A stretch of DNA of 64,000 bases from positions 10,688-74,687 of the forward strand of contig CABZYK010000005.1 of the NCBI GenBank assembly GCA_902529935.1, in the 5' to 3' direction. The position numbers and the translations under genes are program-made. Positions 28,104 to 38,287 of the stretch are shown here, piece after piece. The notes below the pieces were generated by a model that was not told the origin of the DNA, did no database searches, and saw nothing but the letters and a program-made list of their open reading frames with translations. Within the stretch, counting starts at the first letter, position 1, and each line of letters opens with the position of its first letter. The DNA comes from an uncultured SAR86 cluster bacterium. Its GTDB lineage: Bacteria; Pseudomonadota; Gammaproteobacteria; Magnimaribacterales; AG-339-G14.

Positions 28104-30347
28104 ATGCGAATATTTTTTAAATCAATTTCCTATTTATTTTTTTTAATTTTAGTTGTTGTTCTTACATACACTTTATTTGCTTTTTACGGTTATTTTGGAT
28201 CGTTGGAGCCTGGCGGAAAGTCAATTAAGAGTGAGTTACCAAAAAAAGTTTTAAATTCAAAAATCAGGAGCCAACTTAGGCACTCCAATTCATCAAAACA
28301 GATTCTTTTTGGGGACACTCATGTCCACACCACATATTCTAGCGATGCTTTTTTATGGAGTCTGCCGATGTATAACGGAAGAGGTCCTCATCCAGTTTCA
28401 GATGCTTGCGATTATGCAAGATTTTGTTCAGCGTTGGATTTTTGGGTTATTTCGGATCATGCTGAGGCCAGCACTCCTCACAAATGGAATAATACAATCG
28501 AACAAGTCCAAAGCTGCAATAAAAGTACTGATCCAGAAAATCCAGACATGATTACCTTTTTAGGTTTTGAATGGACTCAAATTGGAGATAACCGAGAAGA
28601 GCACTATGGACATAAAAACGTTATTCTGAAAGAAATTGACTCAGAATATTTGCCTCAATCACCAATCGCAGCCGGTGGCGATAGCCTTAACAATTTTAGA
28701 GATCCTAATAGAGTTAACGAAACTAGGATAAATATGATGGTTCAAGCGTATAGCGATCTTGGAAATAGGCAAAGATATTATGATTTCATTGCATACGACA
28801 CAGATATTACTAGTTCTCCGGTTTGTACCGGTAGTGCAGATGATAATAAGGATTGTCTTGCCTCGGCTGATACTCCCAAGGAACTTTTCACAAAATTAAA
28901 TGCCTTAAAAACCGACTCGATAGTAATCCCACATGGCAACACATGGGGATTTTATAGTCCTTTAGGAACTTCATGGGACGACAAACTTGATGATGTTCAC
29001 GATCCGGATAGACAAATTTCTTTCGAAATCATGTCCGGTCATGGAAATTCAGAGGAATATAGAAGTTGGACTGAAGTTATTTTCGACGGAGATAATTTAA
29101 TTTGTCCTGAAGAATCAGATAATTATCTTCCTTCTTGCAAGCAAGCTGGAAACATTATTTATGAAAGATGCATAGAAAATGGTAAGAGAGAAAATGAATG
29201 CAGACAAGATGCTTCTCAAGCTGAGATTTTCTATTTACAGGCAGGTCAGTCAGGACATTTTGTGGTTCCAGGGGCAACGCCTGAATCATGGCTTGATTCA
29301 GGGCAGTGCAAGGATTGTTTTATCCCAAGTTTTAATTATCGTCCCAAGGGTTCTTTCCAGTATGCTTTGACCAAAAAAGGCAGAAATAACGAGAAATTTA
29401 TTTTTGGTGTCATAGCATCAAGCGATAATCACAGAGCTCGGCCCGGAACTGGATACAAAGCCGTTGATAGGTTATTGACTACAGAATCAAATGGCATCAA
29501 GGATCCTGCTTTTGAAAGACTTGCTTATCCATTAGATGAAATCAGTGATACCCCAGTAGAATTTAAGATTGAAGAAAGGTTCATACCCAACCCATTGGCT
29601 TACTGGGAGTCAGAAAGACAAGAAACCTTCTTTACTACAGGCGGTTTGGCGGCAGTTCATGTTGATTCAAGAAGTAGAGAAGGAGTTTGGGAAGCATTTA
29701 AAAGAAGAGAAACCTATGGGACAAGCGGACCAAGAATTTTGCTTTGGTTTGATTTAATTACAGAAAATGGATTAGTTCCTATGGGCTCTGAAATTACTAT
29801 AGATGAGAATCCAACTTTTCAAGTTAAAGCAGTTGGTTCTTTTAAACAAAAACCTGGCTGTCCAGATTACAGTCTAGGCAAAAGATCAGCAGAGGATATT
29901 AAAAATCTTTGCATGAATGAATGTTTTAATCCTAGTTCAGAAAGATACTCAATATCAAGAATAGAAATTATTAAGGTTTTGCCTGAAATCAACACATCAG
30001 AAAATCCAGAAGAACTAATTATGGATCCTTGGAAAACATTTGAGTGTGAAGAAAACAAAGCTTCTTGCAAAATTAGATTTCAAGATGAAGATTTTGCTTC
30101 AGATAATCGAGATGCAACTTTTTATGTTCGAGCCATACAAGAACCAAGTGAGCGAATAAATGGCAAAAATCTCAGATGTACCTATGACGATGAAGGAAAC
30201 TGTATCGAAACAAATTTTTGTTATGGTGGGTATAAGACAGACATAGAAGATAACTGTATTTCGATGTCAGAGGAAAGAGCTTGGTCATCACCAATTTATT
30301 TAAGTCCTTTGAAAAAACCTAATTTAGCTATTTCAAAGCTAGATTAA
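28104..30347 (+). CDS. DUF3604-type (PHP-like) membrane-anchored periplasmic metallohydrolase
   Basis: N-terminal TM anchor; GDTHVHTTYSSDAF metal-binding-like motif, then WVISDHAE and IPHGNTWG. Many paired Cys residues are consistent with a periplasmic location. 747 aa. Confidence 0.72.
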   Translation: MRIFFKSISYLFFLILVVVLTYTLFAFYGYFGSLEPGGKSIKSELPKKVLNSKIRSQLRHSNSSKQILFGDTHVHTTYSSDAFLWSLPMYNGRGPHPVSDACDYARFCSALDFWVISDHAEASTPHKWNNTIEQVQSCNKSTDPENPDMITFLGFEWTQIGDNREEHYGHKNVILKEIDSEYLPQSPIAAGGDSLNNFRDPNRVNETRINMMVQAYSDLGNRQRYYDFIAYDTDITSSPVCTGSADDNKDCLASADTPKELFTKLNALKTDSIVIPHGNTWGFYSPLGTSWDDKLDDVHDPDRQISFEIMSGHGNSEEYRSWTEVIFDGDNLICPEESDNYLPSCKQAGNIIYERCIENGKRENECRQDASQAEIFYLQAGQSGHFVVPGATPESWLDSGQCKDCFIPSFNYRPKGSFQYALTKKGRNNEKFIFGVIASSDNHRARPGTGYKAVDRLLTTESNGIKDPAFERLAYPLDEISDTPVEFKIEERFIPNPLAYWESERQETFFTTGGLAAVHVDSRSREGVWEAFKRRETYGTSGPRILLWFDLITENGLVPMGSEITIDENPTFQVKAVGSFKQKPGCPDYSLGKRSAEDIKNLCMNECFNPSSERYSISRIEIIKVLPEINTSENPEELIMDPWKTFECEENKASCKIRFQDEDFASDNRDATFYVRAIQEPSERINGKNLRCTYDDEGNCIETNFCYGGYKTDIEDNCISMSEERAWSSPIYLSPLKKPNLAISKLD

Positions 30348-30430
30348 TAAGCTCCTCAATATCTCTATTTGGTTCAACCATTTACTCCAATTATCTGTAT
30401 TTTATGAGATACTTCAATCGTAGGAGATAG

Positions 30431-31873
30431 ATGGAAACAGATAAAGTAAATAATCCGCATAAACTTCCTTTTCTAACGAAATTCTTTTATGGGTTTGGTT
30501 CTTTAGCATATGGAATAAAGGATAATGCTTTCAATTATTTTCTATTGTTTGTCTATGTTCAGGTGTTTGGTCTGTCTCCAGATTTAGCAGGATTAGCAAT
30601 TCTTCTAATGCTAGTGATCGATGCTATATCAGATCCTCTTATTGGCTATTATTCAGATAACATGAAATCAAGATGGGGAAGAAGACATCCTTTCATGTAT
30701 TTCTCAGCAGTTCCCGTAGCAATCTCATTTTTTTTGATATGGGATCCTCCCGATAACTTAACTCAATCTCAGTTATTTTGGTTTTTATTAATTGTTGGTG
30801 CAATTATAAGAACTGCAATTACTATCTATGAGATTCCAAGTAATGCTTTAGGTCCAGAGCTTTCAAAAGATTACGTGGAAAGAAGCTCATTGCTTTCTTA
30901 TCGATATTGGTTTGGTTGGTGGGGTGGATTAGCTGTTTGGAATTCCTTATGGATTTTTGTTGTTTATAGCACCTATACCGGCACACAAGATGCAAGATTT
31001 GTTGCTGATACATGGATGACTTACGGATTGGTTTGCAGTCCAATTATGTTTTTAGCCATTGTCGTTACCGCACTAGGAACGCACAGACACATAAAAGACT
31101 TACATTCTCCTGAAATACAAAGAAAAACACCAAAAGTTATTTTCTCTGAACTCTACGAGACGATGACGGTGAGTAAGAACTACATAATCCTTTTTATTGC
31201 CATGATTATGATGGGTGTGGCAGGCGGGATAGCTACTAATTTAACATTGTATTTTTATAGTTTTTTCTGGGAGTTTACTCCTTTAAATATATTAACAATT
31301 GGATTGAGTTTATTTTTAGCCCCGCTTGTCGGGCTCGTTGTCTCACCCTTATTGGCAAATAAATTTGGTAAGCGAAACGGAGCAATAATCCTTTTTGCTA
31401 CATCATTAACGGTTGAAAACGGCGTTATCGCTCTTAGGCTGCTGGGTTTATTGCCAGATAATGGTTCTCCAATTGTTCTTGGGGCTGTACTTCTGTTCCA
31501 TTTTGTCGGTGTGGCGACATCAGTGATTTCCTTCACGACATTAAATTCAATGGTATGGGATACAGTCGAAGAAGTTGAAATCAAAACAGGAAGACGAATG
31601 GAAGGAACATTACTTGCTGCCCGATCCTTTGCAGCTAAATGCATGAGTGGTGCAGGAGCTTTTGCAGCTGGTCTAATTCTGACTTACTCAGCATGGCCAA
31701 AAAATGCTGCACCTGGTCAAGTTGATGAAACTATATTATTTAATTTTGGATTTACGGCTATAACTGCTTCAATAATTCTTTGGTCCATTTCTTTGTTTAC
31801 AATCTCCTTGGTAACAACCACCAAAGAAAGCCATCAAGAAAAATTGAGTGAATTAAATTACATAGAAGACTGA
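30431..31873 (+). CDS. MFS symporter, GPH/MelB/MFSD2-like family (paralog of 25886-27337)
   Basis: DAISDPLIGYYSDNMKSRWGRRHPF loop motif, about 12 TM helices, AGGAG SD upstream. Confidence 0.85.
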   Translation: METDKVNNPHKLPFLTKFFYGFGSLAYGIKDNAFNYFLLFVYVQVFGLSPDLAGLAILLMLVIDAISDPLIGYYSDNMKSRWGRRHPFMYFSAVPVAISFFLIWDPPDNLTQSQLFWFLLIVGAIIRTAITIYEIPSNALGPELSKDYVERSSLLSYRYWFGWWGGLAVWNSLWIFVVYSTYTGTQDARFVADTWMTYGLVCSPIMFLAIVVTALGTHRHIKDLHSPEIQRKTPKVIFSELYETMTVSKNYIILFIAMIMMGVAGGIATNLTLYFYSFFWEFTPLNILTIGLSLFLAPLVGLVVSPLLANKFGKRNGAIILFATSLTVENGVIALRLLGLLPDNGSPIVLGAVLLFHFVGVATSVISFTTLNSMVWDTVEEVEIKTGRRMEGTLLAARSFAAKCMSGAGAFAAGLILTYSAWPKNAAPGQVDETILFNFGFTAITASIILWSISLFTISLVTTTKESHQEKLSELNYIED

Positions 31874-31874
31874 G

Positions 31875-32180
31875 ATGATTCAAACTGAAATTGAAAATAA
31901 TCTAACTGATGGAATGGACTTGCTACATTTAGAAGTTGAGAATGAAAGTCCGAATCATAATGTTGAACCAGGATCTGAGTCTCACTTTAAGGTTGTGGTT
32001 GTTTCAGATGAATTTATAGAAAAAAGATTAGTTCAACGACATCAAATGATTTATAGAATTCTTAAAGAGCAGATGACTAAAATTCATGCAATTGCTATCC
32101 ATGCTTTCACAAAAGATGAATGGCAGGAAAAAACTGGTCAGGAGTTGAATTCACCTAACTGTTTAGGCGGAGAAAATTAA
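31875..32180 (+). CDS. BolA-family protein
   Basis: SHFKVVVVSDEF...RLVQRHQMIYRIL...IHAIAIHAFTKDEW matches the BolA signature. Confidence 0.8.
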   Translation: MIQTEIENNLTDGMDLLHLEVENESPNHNVEPGSESHFKVVVVSDEFIEKRLVQRHQMIYRILKEQMTKIHAIAIHAFTKDEWQEKTGQELNSPNCLGGEN

Positions 32181-32189
32181 AATACAACA

Positions 32190-33056
32190 ATGTTTCATAT
32201 TTCAACTTTTTATGATTGTTGCGAGAGAGATTATTCCTTTTTAAAACAAAGTTTATCGAAAAAAGCTGATGAACTTTCTATTGTAGGTACAATAATTTTG
32301 ACTCCAGAGGGTATAAATTCAACGATAGCCTGTGCGAACTTAGAAAATCTTTATTCTTTCGAAACTTACATTGCTAAATATTTCCCTTCAATTGATATCG
32401 GACGCTCTTGCACAGAAAAAAAACCTTTTAAGAGATTTAAAATTAAGGAGAGGCAAGAACTTGTTCCCTCTGGGACAAAATTAAAACCAACAGATTATTC
32501 TGGATCACATATAGCTCCAGAATTTTGGAACGAGTTTTCAGAAAATAAAAATACTATTTTAATTGATGTGAGAAATAATTATGAAACCTCAGTTGGTACT
32601 TTTAAAGGGGCGTTGAATCCCGATACGAGAAATTTCAGAGAATTTAAACATTTTGTAAAAGAAAATAAGAAAAATTTTAAAGGAAAACAAATTGGCATTT
32701 TTTGTACCGGAGGTATTCGTTGTGAAAAAGCATCTTCTATTTTTAAATCTGAAGACATTAATGATGTACATCAACTTAAAGGTGGAATTCTGAACTATTT
32801 AGCAAACAGTAAAGACAAAAAACTATGGGAAGGTGAGTGTTTTGTTTTTGATGAGAGAGTTACAGTCGATAAAGATTTAAATAAAGGTTCTTTTTATCAA
32901 TGTTTCGCTTGCAGAAGACCGCTTTCAGAGAAAGATTTAGAGTCAACTCATTATTCTGCTGGGGTCTCATGTCATCAATGCATTAATGAAAAGTCTGAAG
33001 AAGACAGATTAAGATATCTCGAGCGACATAAGCAGATTATTAAAAAACGCAACTAA
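32190..33056 (+). CDS. trhO: Rhodanese-domain tRNA U34 hydroxylase (YceA/TrhO, UPF0176)
   Basis: N-terminal UPF0176 region (GTIILTPEGINSTIA), rhodanese active-site loop CTGGIRCEKAS, C-terminal Cys cluster. Confidence 0.85.
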   Translation: MFHISTFYDCCERDYSFLKQSLSKKADELSIVGTIILTPEGINSTIACANLENLYSFETYIAKYFPSIDIGRSCTEKKPFKRFKIKERQELVPSGTKLKPTDYSGSHIAPEFWNEFSENKNTILIDVRNNYETSVGTFKGALNPDTRNFREFKHFVKENKKNFKGKQIGIFCTGGIRCEKASSIFKSEDINDVHQLKGGILNYLANSKDKKLWEGECFVFDERVTVDKDLNKGSFYQCFACRRPLSEKDLESTHYSAGVSCHQCINEKSEEDRLRYLERHKQIIKKRN

Positions 33057-33062
33057 TAAACA

Positions 33063-35507
33063 ATGGCATTTGTACAAAAAATTTTACATTTTGTGGTTTA
33101 CAGATCTTCAATCACTTTAGGGCTTGTTTTACTGATAACTTTTGGTCTTGCTTTTGGAGTTCAATATTTTCAGCTAGATGCTTCTTCGGATACCTTATTG
33201 CTGGAAGATGATGATGATCTGAAGTTCTACAGAGATACAAATAAAACTTTTGGAGGAGGAGGTGACTTTTTAATAGTTACTTATTCCCCTTTTGATGAAT
33301 TATTCACGCAGGAAACCTTAACAAAGATAGAAGAACTATCTGATGAGCTAGAAGAACTTGAGGAGATTGATTCTGTTTTAAACTTTCTTGACGTTCCTTT
33401 GCTAGAAAGTCCAAGACAATCAATATCTGAAATTGCAAGTAATCCAATATCTCTAAGAAAAAAGAACGTTGATTTATCTTTAGCAAAAAAAGAATTCTCT
33501 AGTAATCCAGTTTATAGAGGCCTTTTGGTTAGTGAACAATTAGATACCGTAGCCTTACAAGCTATTCTTAAGCCTACAACTGAATATGATTCTAAGATAC
33601 AAGAAAGGTATCGAATTAATGAAGATTCTTCTCTAAGTGAAATTGAGAAACAATTGCAACTTGATTTACTTTCTAAAGAAATCGATGTTTTGCAGAAAGA
33701 AAATGTCGCCACTAGAAAGAAGTTGGTTGCGGATACAAGAGCAATAATCTCTAAATATAAAAATGACGCTGAAATCTATCTTGGCGGCGGCCCGATGATA
33801 TCCACTGACACAATACAATTTATTCTAAACGATATAGTTTTTTTTGGATTTGCTGTAGGTCTACTATTTATAACTGTATTGGGCTTTATTTTTCGGCAAA
33901 TTCGGTGGATTTTACTTCCTTTGATTAGCGCTTTTATCTCTGCAATTGTGGTTACCGGCTTAATAAGCTTTGCAGGACTGAAAGTAACAGTTGTTTCTGC
34001 GAACTACATTGCTCTTCTGATGATCATTGCAATATCTTTGACAATGCATTTAGTCGTCAGATATCAGGAATTGTTATCTAAAAACTCTGAGCTAAGTCAA
34101 AAGGAGATAGTGTTAATGGCTTCGAAACAAATGTTTGTGCCATGTCTTTATACTGCTATGACAACAATAGTCGCATTTCTCTCATTGATTGTCAGTGATA
34201 TTAAACCCATTACGGATTTTGGTTTATTGATGGCTACCAGTATCGTCATCGCTTTCTTAGTGACCTTTTCTTTTTTTCCCGCAGTTATTTCTAAGTTACC
34301 TAAAAAAGAGAAAGATTTTGTAGAAGATCAGTCCTCTGGAATTACATTATTTATATTCAACATCTTTAAGAATTCCAGAATTAAAATTGTTTTCTTTTCT
34401 TTAATAGTTTTTGGATTATCTGTTCTTGGAATATCTATGCTATCTGTTGAGAACAAATTCATAGACTACTTCAAGTCGGATACAGAAATATATAAAGGTC
34501 TATCTTTAATTGATCAGAAACTGGGAGGAACAGCACCCCTTGATTTAGTAATAAACGCTCCTATCACAGAGCAGATTGAGGATGACTTTGAAGATTTTGA
34601 TGATCCTTTTGGTATGGATGACTCTACCAGCGGGTATTGGTTTACAAGTCAAAATTTAGATAGGTTAGAAGAAATTCATGACTATTTGGAATCAAGAACT
34701 GAAATAGGAAAAGTTTTATCTGTATCAAGTGGAATAAAACTTGCTGAAATAGCTAACGGTAAAAAACTTAATGATCTTGAATTAGCATTCATGAGAGAGC
34801 TGTTACCAGAGGATATTAAGGAAAGTTTACTTAATTCGTATATCTCTGATGATGATAATCAAGTAAGGCTTCAGGCAAGAGTGAAAGAATCTTTAGATGG
34901 ATTGAACAGAAAGAATCTCATCGATGAAATAAATTATGATTTAGAAAATAAATTTGGTCTTGATGATCAACAATTTAGACTTACAGGAATATCAGTTATT
35001 TATAATAATTTACTTCAGAGTCTTTTCTCATCTTTAATTGGCAGTGTGGGAATTGTTTTCATAGCAATTTTCGTGATGTTTTTATTTCTTTTTAGATCTG
35101 TCAGCTTAGCTTTGATTGGTATGATTCCAAATTTTCTTGCAGCTGGTTTTGTCATGGGTTCCATAGGCTTTTCTGGAGTTCCATTGGATATTATGACCGT
35201 TACCGTTGCTGCGATCAGCATTGGGATTGGTGTTGATAATACGATTCATTACTTGCATAGATTTAAAAGAGAATTTGACATATCAAAAGACTACGAAGAA
35301 TGCCTCAAGAATAGTCACACAACCATAGGAAGAGCGATGTTTTATACATCATCTACAATAGTTATTGGATTTTTAATTTTGTTGTCGTCAAACTTTAATC
35401 CTTCTGTATTCTTTGGAATTTTCACTTCATTAGCTATGATCATGGCAATCTTAGGTTCGTTACTTTTATTGCCAACTCTTTTATATTATCTAAAACCATT
35501 AAAGTAA
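33063..35507 (+). CDS. RND-superfamily exporter of the MMPL/HpnN (COG1033) type
   Basis: 814 aa with two repeats, each a large soluble loop followed by a 5-6-TM bundle (around residues 240-410 and 640-810). This sterol-sensing-domain-like topology is typical of lipid-exporting RND proteins. Confidence 0.75.
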   Translation: MAFVQKILHFVVYRSSITLGLVLLITFGLAFGVQYFQLDASSDTLLLEDDDDLKFYRDTNKTFGGGGDFLIVTYSPFDELFTQETLTKIEELSDELEELEEIDSVLNFLDVPLLESPRQSISEIASNPISLRKKNVDLSLAKKEFSSNPVYRGLLVSEQLDTVALQAILKPTTEYDSKIQERYRINEDSSLSEIEKQLQLDLLSKEIDVLQKENVATRKKLVADTRAIISKYKNDAEIYLGGGPMISTDTIQFILNDIVFFGFAVGLLFITVLGFIFRQIRWILLPLISAFISAIVVTGLISFAGLKVTVVSANYIALLMIIAISLTMHLVVRYQELLSKNSELSQKEIVLMASKQMFVPCLYTAMTTIVAFLSLIVSDIKPITDFGLLMATSIVIAFLVTFSFFPAVISKLPKKEKDFVEDQSSGITLFIFNIFKNSRIKIVFFSLIVFGLSVLGISMLSVENKFIDYFKSDTEIYKGLSLIDQKLGGTAPLDLVINAPITEQIEDDFEDFDDPFGMDDSTSGYWFTSQNLDRLEEIHDYLESRTEIGKVLSVSSGIKLAEIANGKKLNDLELAFMRELLPEDIKESLLNSYISDDDNQVRLQARVKESLDGLNRKNLIDEINYDLENKFGLDDQQFRLTGISVIYNNLLQSLFSSLIGSVGIVFIAIFVMFLFLFRSVSLALIGMIPNFLAAGFVMGSIGFSGVPLDIMTVTVAAISIGIGVDNTIHYLHRFKREFDISKDYEECLKNSHTTIGRAMFYTSSTIVIGFLILLSSNFNPSVFFGIFTSLAMIMAILGSLLLLPTLLYYLKPLK

Positions 35508-35509
35508 TT

Positions 35510-36643
35510 ATGAGCACATTAAAAGGAACAAAAATTATTGAAATCGCTGGAATTGGCCCAGCTCCATTCGCAGGGATGTTATTAGCCGATATGGGAGCTG
35601 AGGTAATTTTAGTAGACCGAAAACAAAATTATGGCAAAGGTTCAAAATTTGAAGTATCCGGTCGAGGAAAAAAATCCATAGCTGTAGATTTAAAGTCCGA
35701 AAAGGGAATAGAGCTTGTTCTAAAATTAATAGAATCTGCCGATGCCTTGATAGAAGGATTTAGACCAGGGGTAATGGAAAGATTAGGCTTAGGTCCAGAA
35801 CTTTGTTTGCAAAAAAATGAAAATCTAATATACGGAAGAATGACAGGCTGGGGTCAAACAGGCCCCTTAGCAAACGCAGCCGGACACGATATCAATTACA
35901 TATCGCTTGCTGGAGCTCTCGGCTCCACAGGTAGGAATGGGCAACCTCCTGCTCCTCCTTTAAATCTAATTGGAGATTTTGGAGGAGGTGGAATGTTATT
36001 AGCTCTTGGAATATGTGCAGCATTAGTTAACGTCAAAAACGGTGGGAAAGGACAAATTATAGATGCAGCAATGACTGAAGGCACCGCTCAGTTAATGTCT
36101 ATGATTTATGGAATGAAAGCATCTGGATTTTGGACTGATCAACAACAAAGCAATCTTCTTGATGGAGCGACACATTTTTATGATAGTTATGAATGCAAGG
36201 ACGGTAAGTTTGTTTCACTCGGCTCAATTGAACCTCAATTTTACTCAATCCTTTTAGATAAGATGGGATTAGATAGCAATGAATTCTCAGAGCAAATGAA
36301 TAAAGAGAAATGGAATGAATATAAAGCTAAATTTAAAAAAGTTTTTCTTTCTAAAACTCGCGATGAATGGTGTGAAATCATGGAGGGGACAGACATTTGT
36401 TTTGCACCCGTGCTTTCTATGGATGAAGCAATCAATCATCCCCATAATAAGGAAAGAAATGCTTTCAGCACTATAGATGAAGTTATCCAACCTTCACCAG
36501 CTCCCTTATTTTCAGAAACGCCCTCTAAAATCAAGCACCTTCAGAATCCTATTGGAGAAGATACAAAGGAAATATTAGATTCAATAGGATGGACTGAGCA
36601 AATAGATGACCTTATATCATCAAACGTTATCGGTGGAGATTGA
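35510..36643 (+). CDS. Family III CoA-transferase (CaiB/BaiF), alpha-methylacyl-CoA racemase-like
   Basis: LKGTKIIEIAGIGPAPFAGMLLADMGAEVILVDR and EGFRPGVMERLGLGPE are hallmark segments. It is collinear with AMACR as I recall it. The start lies 2 nt after the RND gene stop. Confidence 0.8.
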   Translation: MSTLKGTKIIEIAGIGPAPFAGMLLADMGAEVILVDRKQNYGKGSKFEVSGRGKKSIAVDLKSEKGIELVLKLIESADALIEGFRPGVMERLGLGPELCLQKNENLIYGRMTGWGQTGPLANAAGHDINYISLAGALGSTGRNGQPPAPPLNLIGDFGGGGMLLALGICAALVNVKNGGKGQIIDAAMTEGTAQLMSMIYGMKASGFWTDQQQSNLLDGATHFYDSYECKDGKFVSLGSIEPQFYSILLDKMGLDSNEFSEQMNKEKWNEYKAKFKKVFLSKTRDEWCEIMEGTDICFAPVLSMDEAINHPHNKERNAFSTIDEVIQPSPAPLFSETPSKIKHLQNPIGEDTKEILDSIGWTEQIDDLISSNVIGGD

Positions 36644-37397
36644 AAAAATTTAAAGAGTTTTTGTAAGAAGAATTAATAATACTTTCTGTTGTCTCATTTC
36701 TTAAAGTTGCTACTTCCTCTGCAACATCAATTAAAAATTTTGGTTCATTCCGCCTTATTTTTTTCCTTGGGCTTAAATAAGGAGAGTCAGTTTCAATCAA
36801 AAGCTTATCCTCAGGAATTTGGTTAATGCATTCTCTTAACTCTTTACCTCTTTTGAGATCGCAAACCCACCCTGTAATTCCAATATAAAAATCTCTTTTT
36901 AAATATTCTTCCAATTCAGATAAGTTCCCAGTAAAGCAATGAACAATTAATTTTTGATTAAATTTATGATTATCCAGAACGCTTAAGAATTCTTCATGCG
37001 CATCTCTTTGATGAAGAAACAAAGGTTTACTTATTGAATTAGCTAAACTTAATTGAGACTCAAAGCATAAAATTTGCTCCTCTTTAGATGAAAAATTACG
37101 ATTAAAATCAAGACCCATCTCACCCAGACATATTGCTTTGGGATCGTTTAAATAGACTGACATATCATTTAAAAATTCAATTTTAAAATCCTTTGCATTG
37201 TGTGGATGAAAGCCAACGGAATAGTATAGGTTTTTATATTTCTCGGTAATTTTTTTTGCATTTTTGACATCATCTAGATTGGACGATGTAATGCAAATCT
37301 TTTCTACACCAGCTTTTAGGGAGTCATTAAGAACGACATCAAGGTCTTTTGAAAAATGACTGCTTGTTAAATTTGCTCCAATATCAAACATAATCAA
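36627..37397 (-). CDS. tatD: TatD-family metal-dependent DNase/hydrolase
   Basis: MFDIGANLTSSHF N-terminus as in E. coli TatD, plus HPH, EMGLD, HCF and ETDSPYL metal-ligand segments. The start may be 37391. Confidence 0.9.
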   Translation of the reverse strand: MIMFDIGANLTSSHFSKDLDVVLNDSLKAGVEKICITSSNLDDVKNAKKITEKYKNLYYSVGFHPHNAKDFKIEFLNDMSVYLNDPKAICLGEMGLDFNRNFSSKEEQILCFESQLSLANSISKPLFLHQRDAHEEFLSVLDNHKFNQKLIVHCFTGNLSELEEYLKRDFYIGITGWVCDLKRGKELRECINQIPEDKLLIETDSPYLSPRKKIRRNEPKFLIDVAEEVATLRNETTESIINSSYKNSLNFFNLHR

Positions 37398-37438
37398 TTT
37401 TAACTTTATTAATTAGCTCATACCTTTAATATAAAAAC

Positions 37439-38245
37439 ATGAATTCTAAAGAATTATTTGTGAGGGACACAACTGTAATTAAGAAATCAGATAATTTATT
37501 TACAGCAGAAGTTTCTGATAATTGGAGTATTGGTAACACAGCAAATGGAGGTTATTCAATGACTCTTGCTGCAAAAGCTATGTCGGAATTTTTAGAGCAT
37601 AAAGATCCTTTGAGTATATCTGCACATTATCTTGATAGAGTTGATTTTGGAGCCACAGAACTTCATGTAACTCATCTTAGTAGCAGCAAGAGCTTATCTA
37701 CAGCCAGAGTAGAATTGATTCAAAATAACAAAATAAAAATTATATTTATTGGCACATTTACAGACTTTTCTTTTAAAAATGATATGAATATTTATGAAAG
37801 AGATGTTCCTAGCTTCCCTGATTATGAATCATGCGAGGTTATTCCATACAAAGAGGGATTTAACCCTAAGTTAGATAAAAATATTGAAAAAGCTTATTCT
37901 CAAGATTCTTTGTGGTGGAAAAAAGATAAAGAAAATTCGTCATCAACGTTGAATCTTTATATGTCTTGGCCTGAAAAGGATAATATTGACTTATTTGATT
38001 TAGTGCTGTTCTTAGATGCGACTACTCCGCCAATTTATAATAAACTAGGGACTGTTGGTTGGGTTCCAACCATATCTTTGGCTTCTCATGTAAGAGGTCT
38101 TCCATCTGAAGGTCCCCTTAAAGTAATAGCCAAGACTGAATTTGTTACGGGTGGCTTTATGGAAGAAGATAGAGAAATTTGGGATAGTTCAGGTAAGTTA
38201 GTTGGTCAGTCTAAACAAATGGCTAAACTAAGAATTAAAAAATAA
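37439..38245 (+). CDS. Thioesterase-like superfamily protein (TesB/ACOT8-related double hotdog)
   Basis: 268 aa with an N-terminal NTANGGYSMTLAAKA segment typical of 4HBT_3-type proteins. Weakly supported. Confidence 0.55.
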   Translation: MNSKELFVRDTTVIKKSDNLFTAEVSDNWSIGNTANGGYSMTLAAKAMSEFLEHKDPLSISAHYLDRVDFGATELHVTHLSSSKSLSTARVELIQNNKIKIIFIGTFTDFSFKNDMNIYERDVPSFPDYESCEVIPYKEGFNPKLDKNIEKAYSQDSLWWKKDKENSSSTLNLYMSWPEKDNIDLFDLVLFLDATTPPIYNKLGTVGWVPTISLASHVRGLPSEGPLKVIAKTEFVTGGFMEEDREIWDSSGKLVGQSKQMAKLRIKK

Positions 38246-38287
38246 GTCTCGAATTTTTTAAGATAGAGGCTACAAAGGGAATTTATT

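Noticed and set aside
31255-31644. 129-aa antisense ORF inside the second GPH transporter. Similar shadow ORFs occur at 48665-48997, 61338-61676, 23711-24001, 16008-16253 and 40679-40900.
   Set aside because: All are embedded antisense in genes with strong family signatures, and none has motifs or signals of its own. I treat them as frame artefacts.
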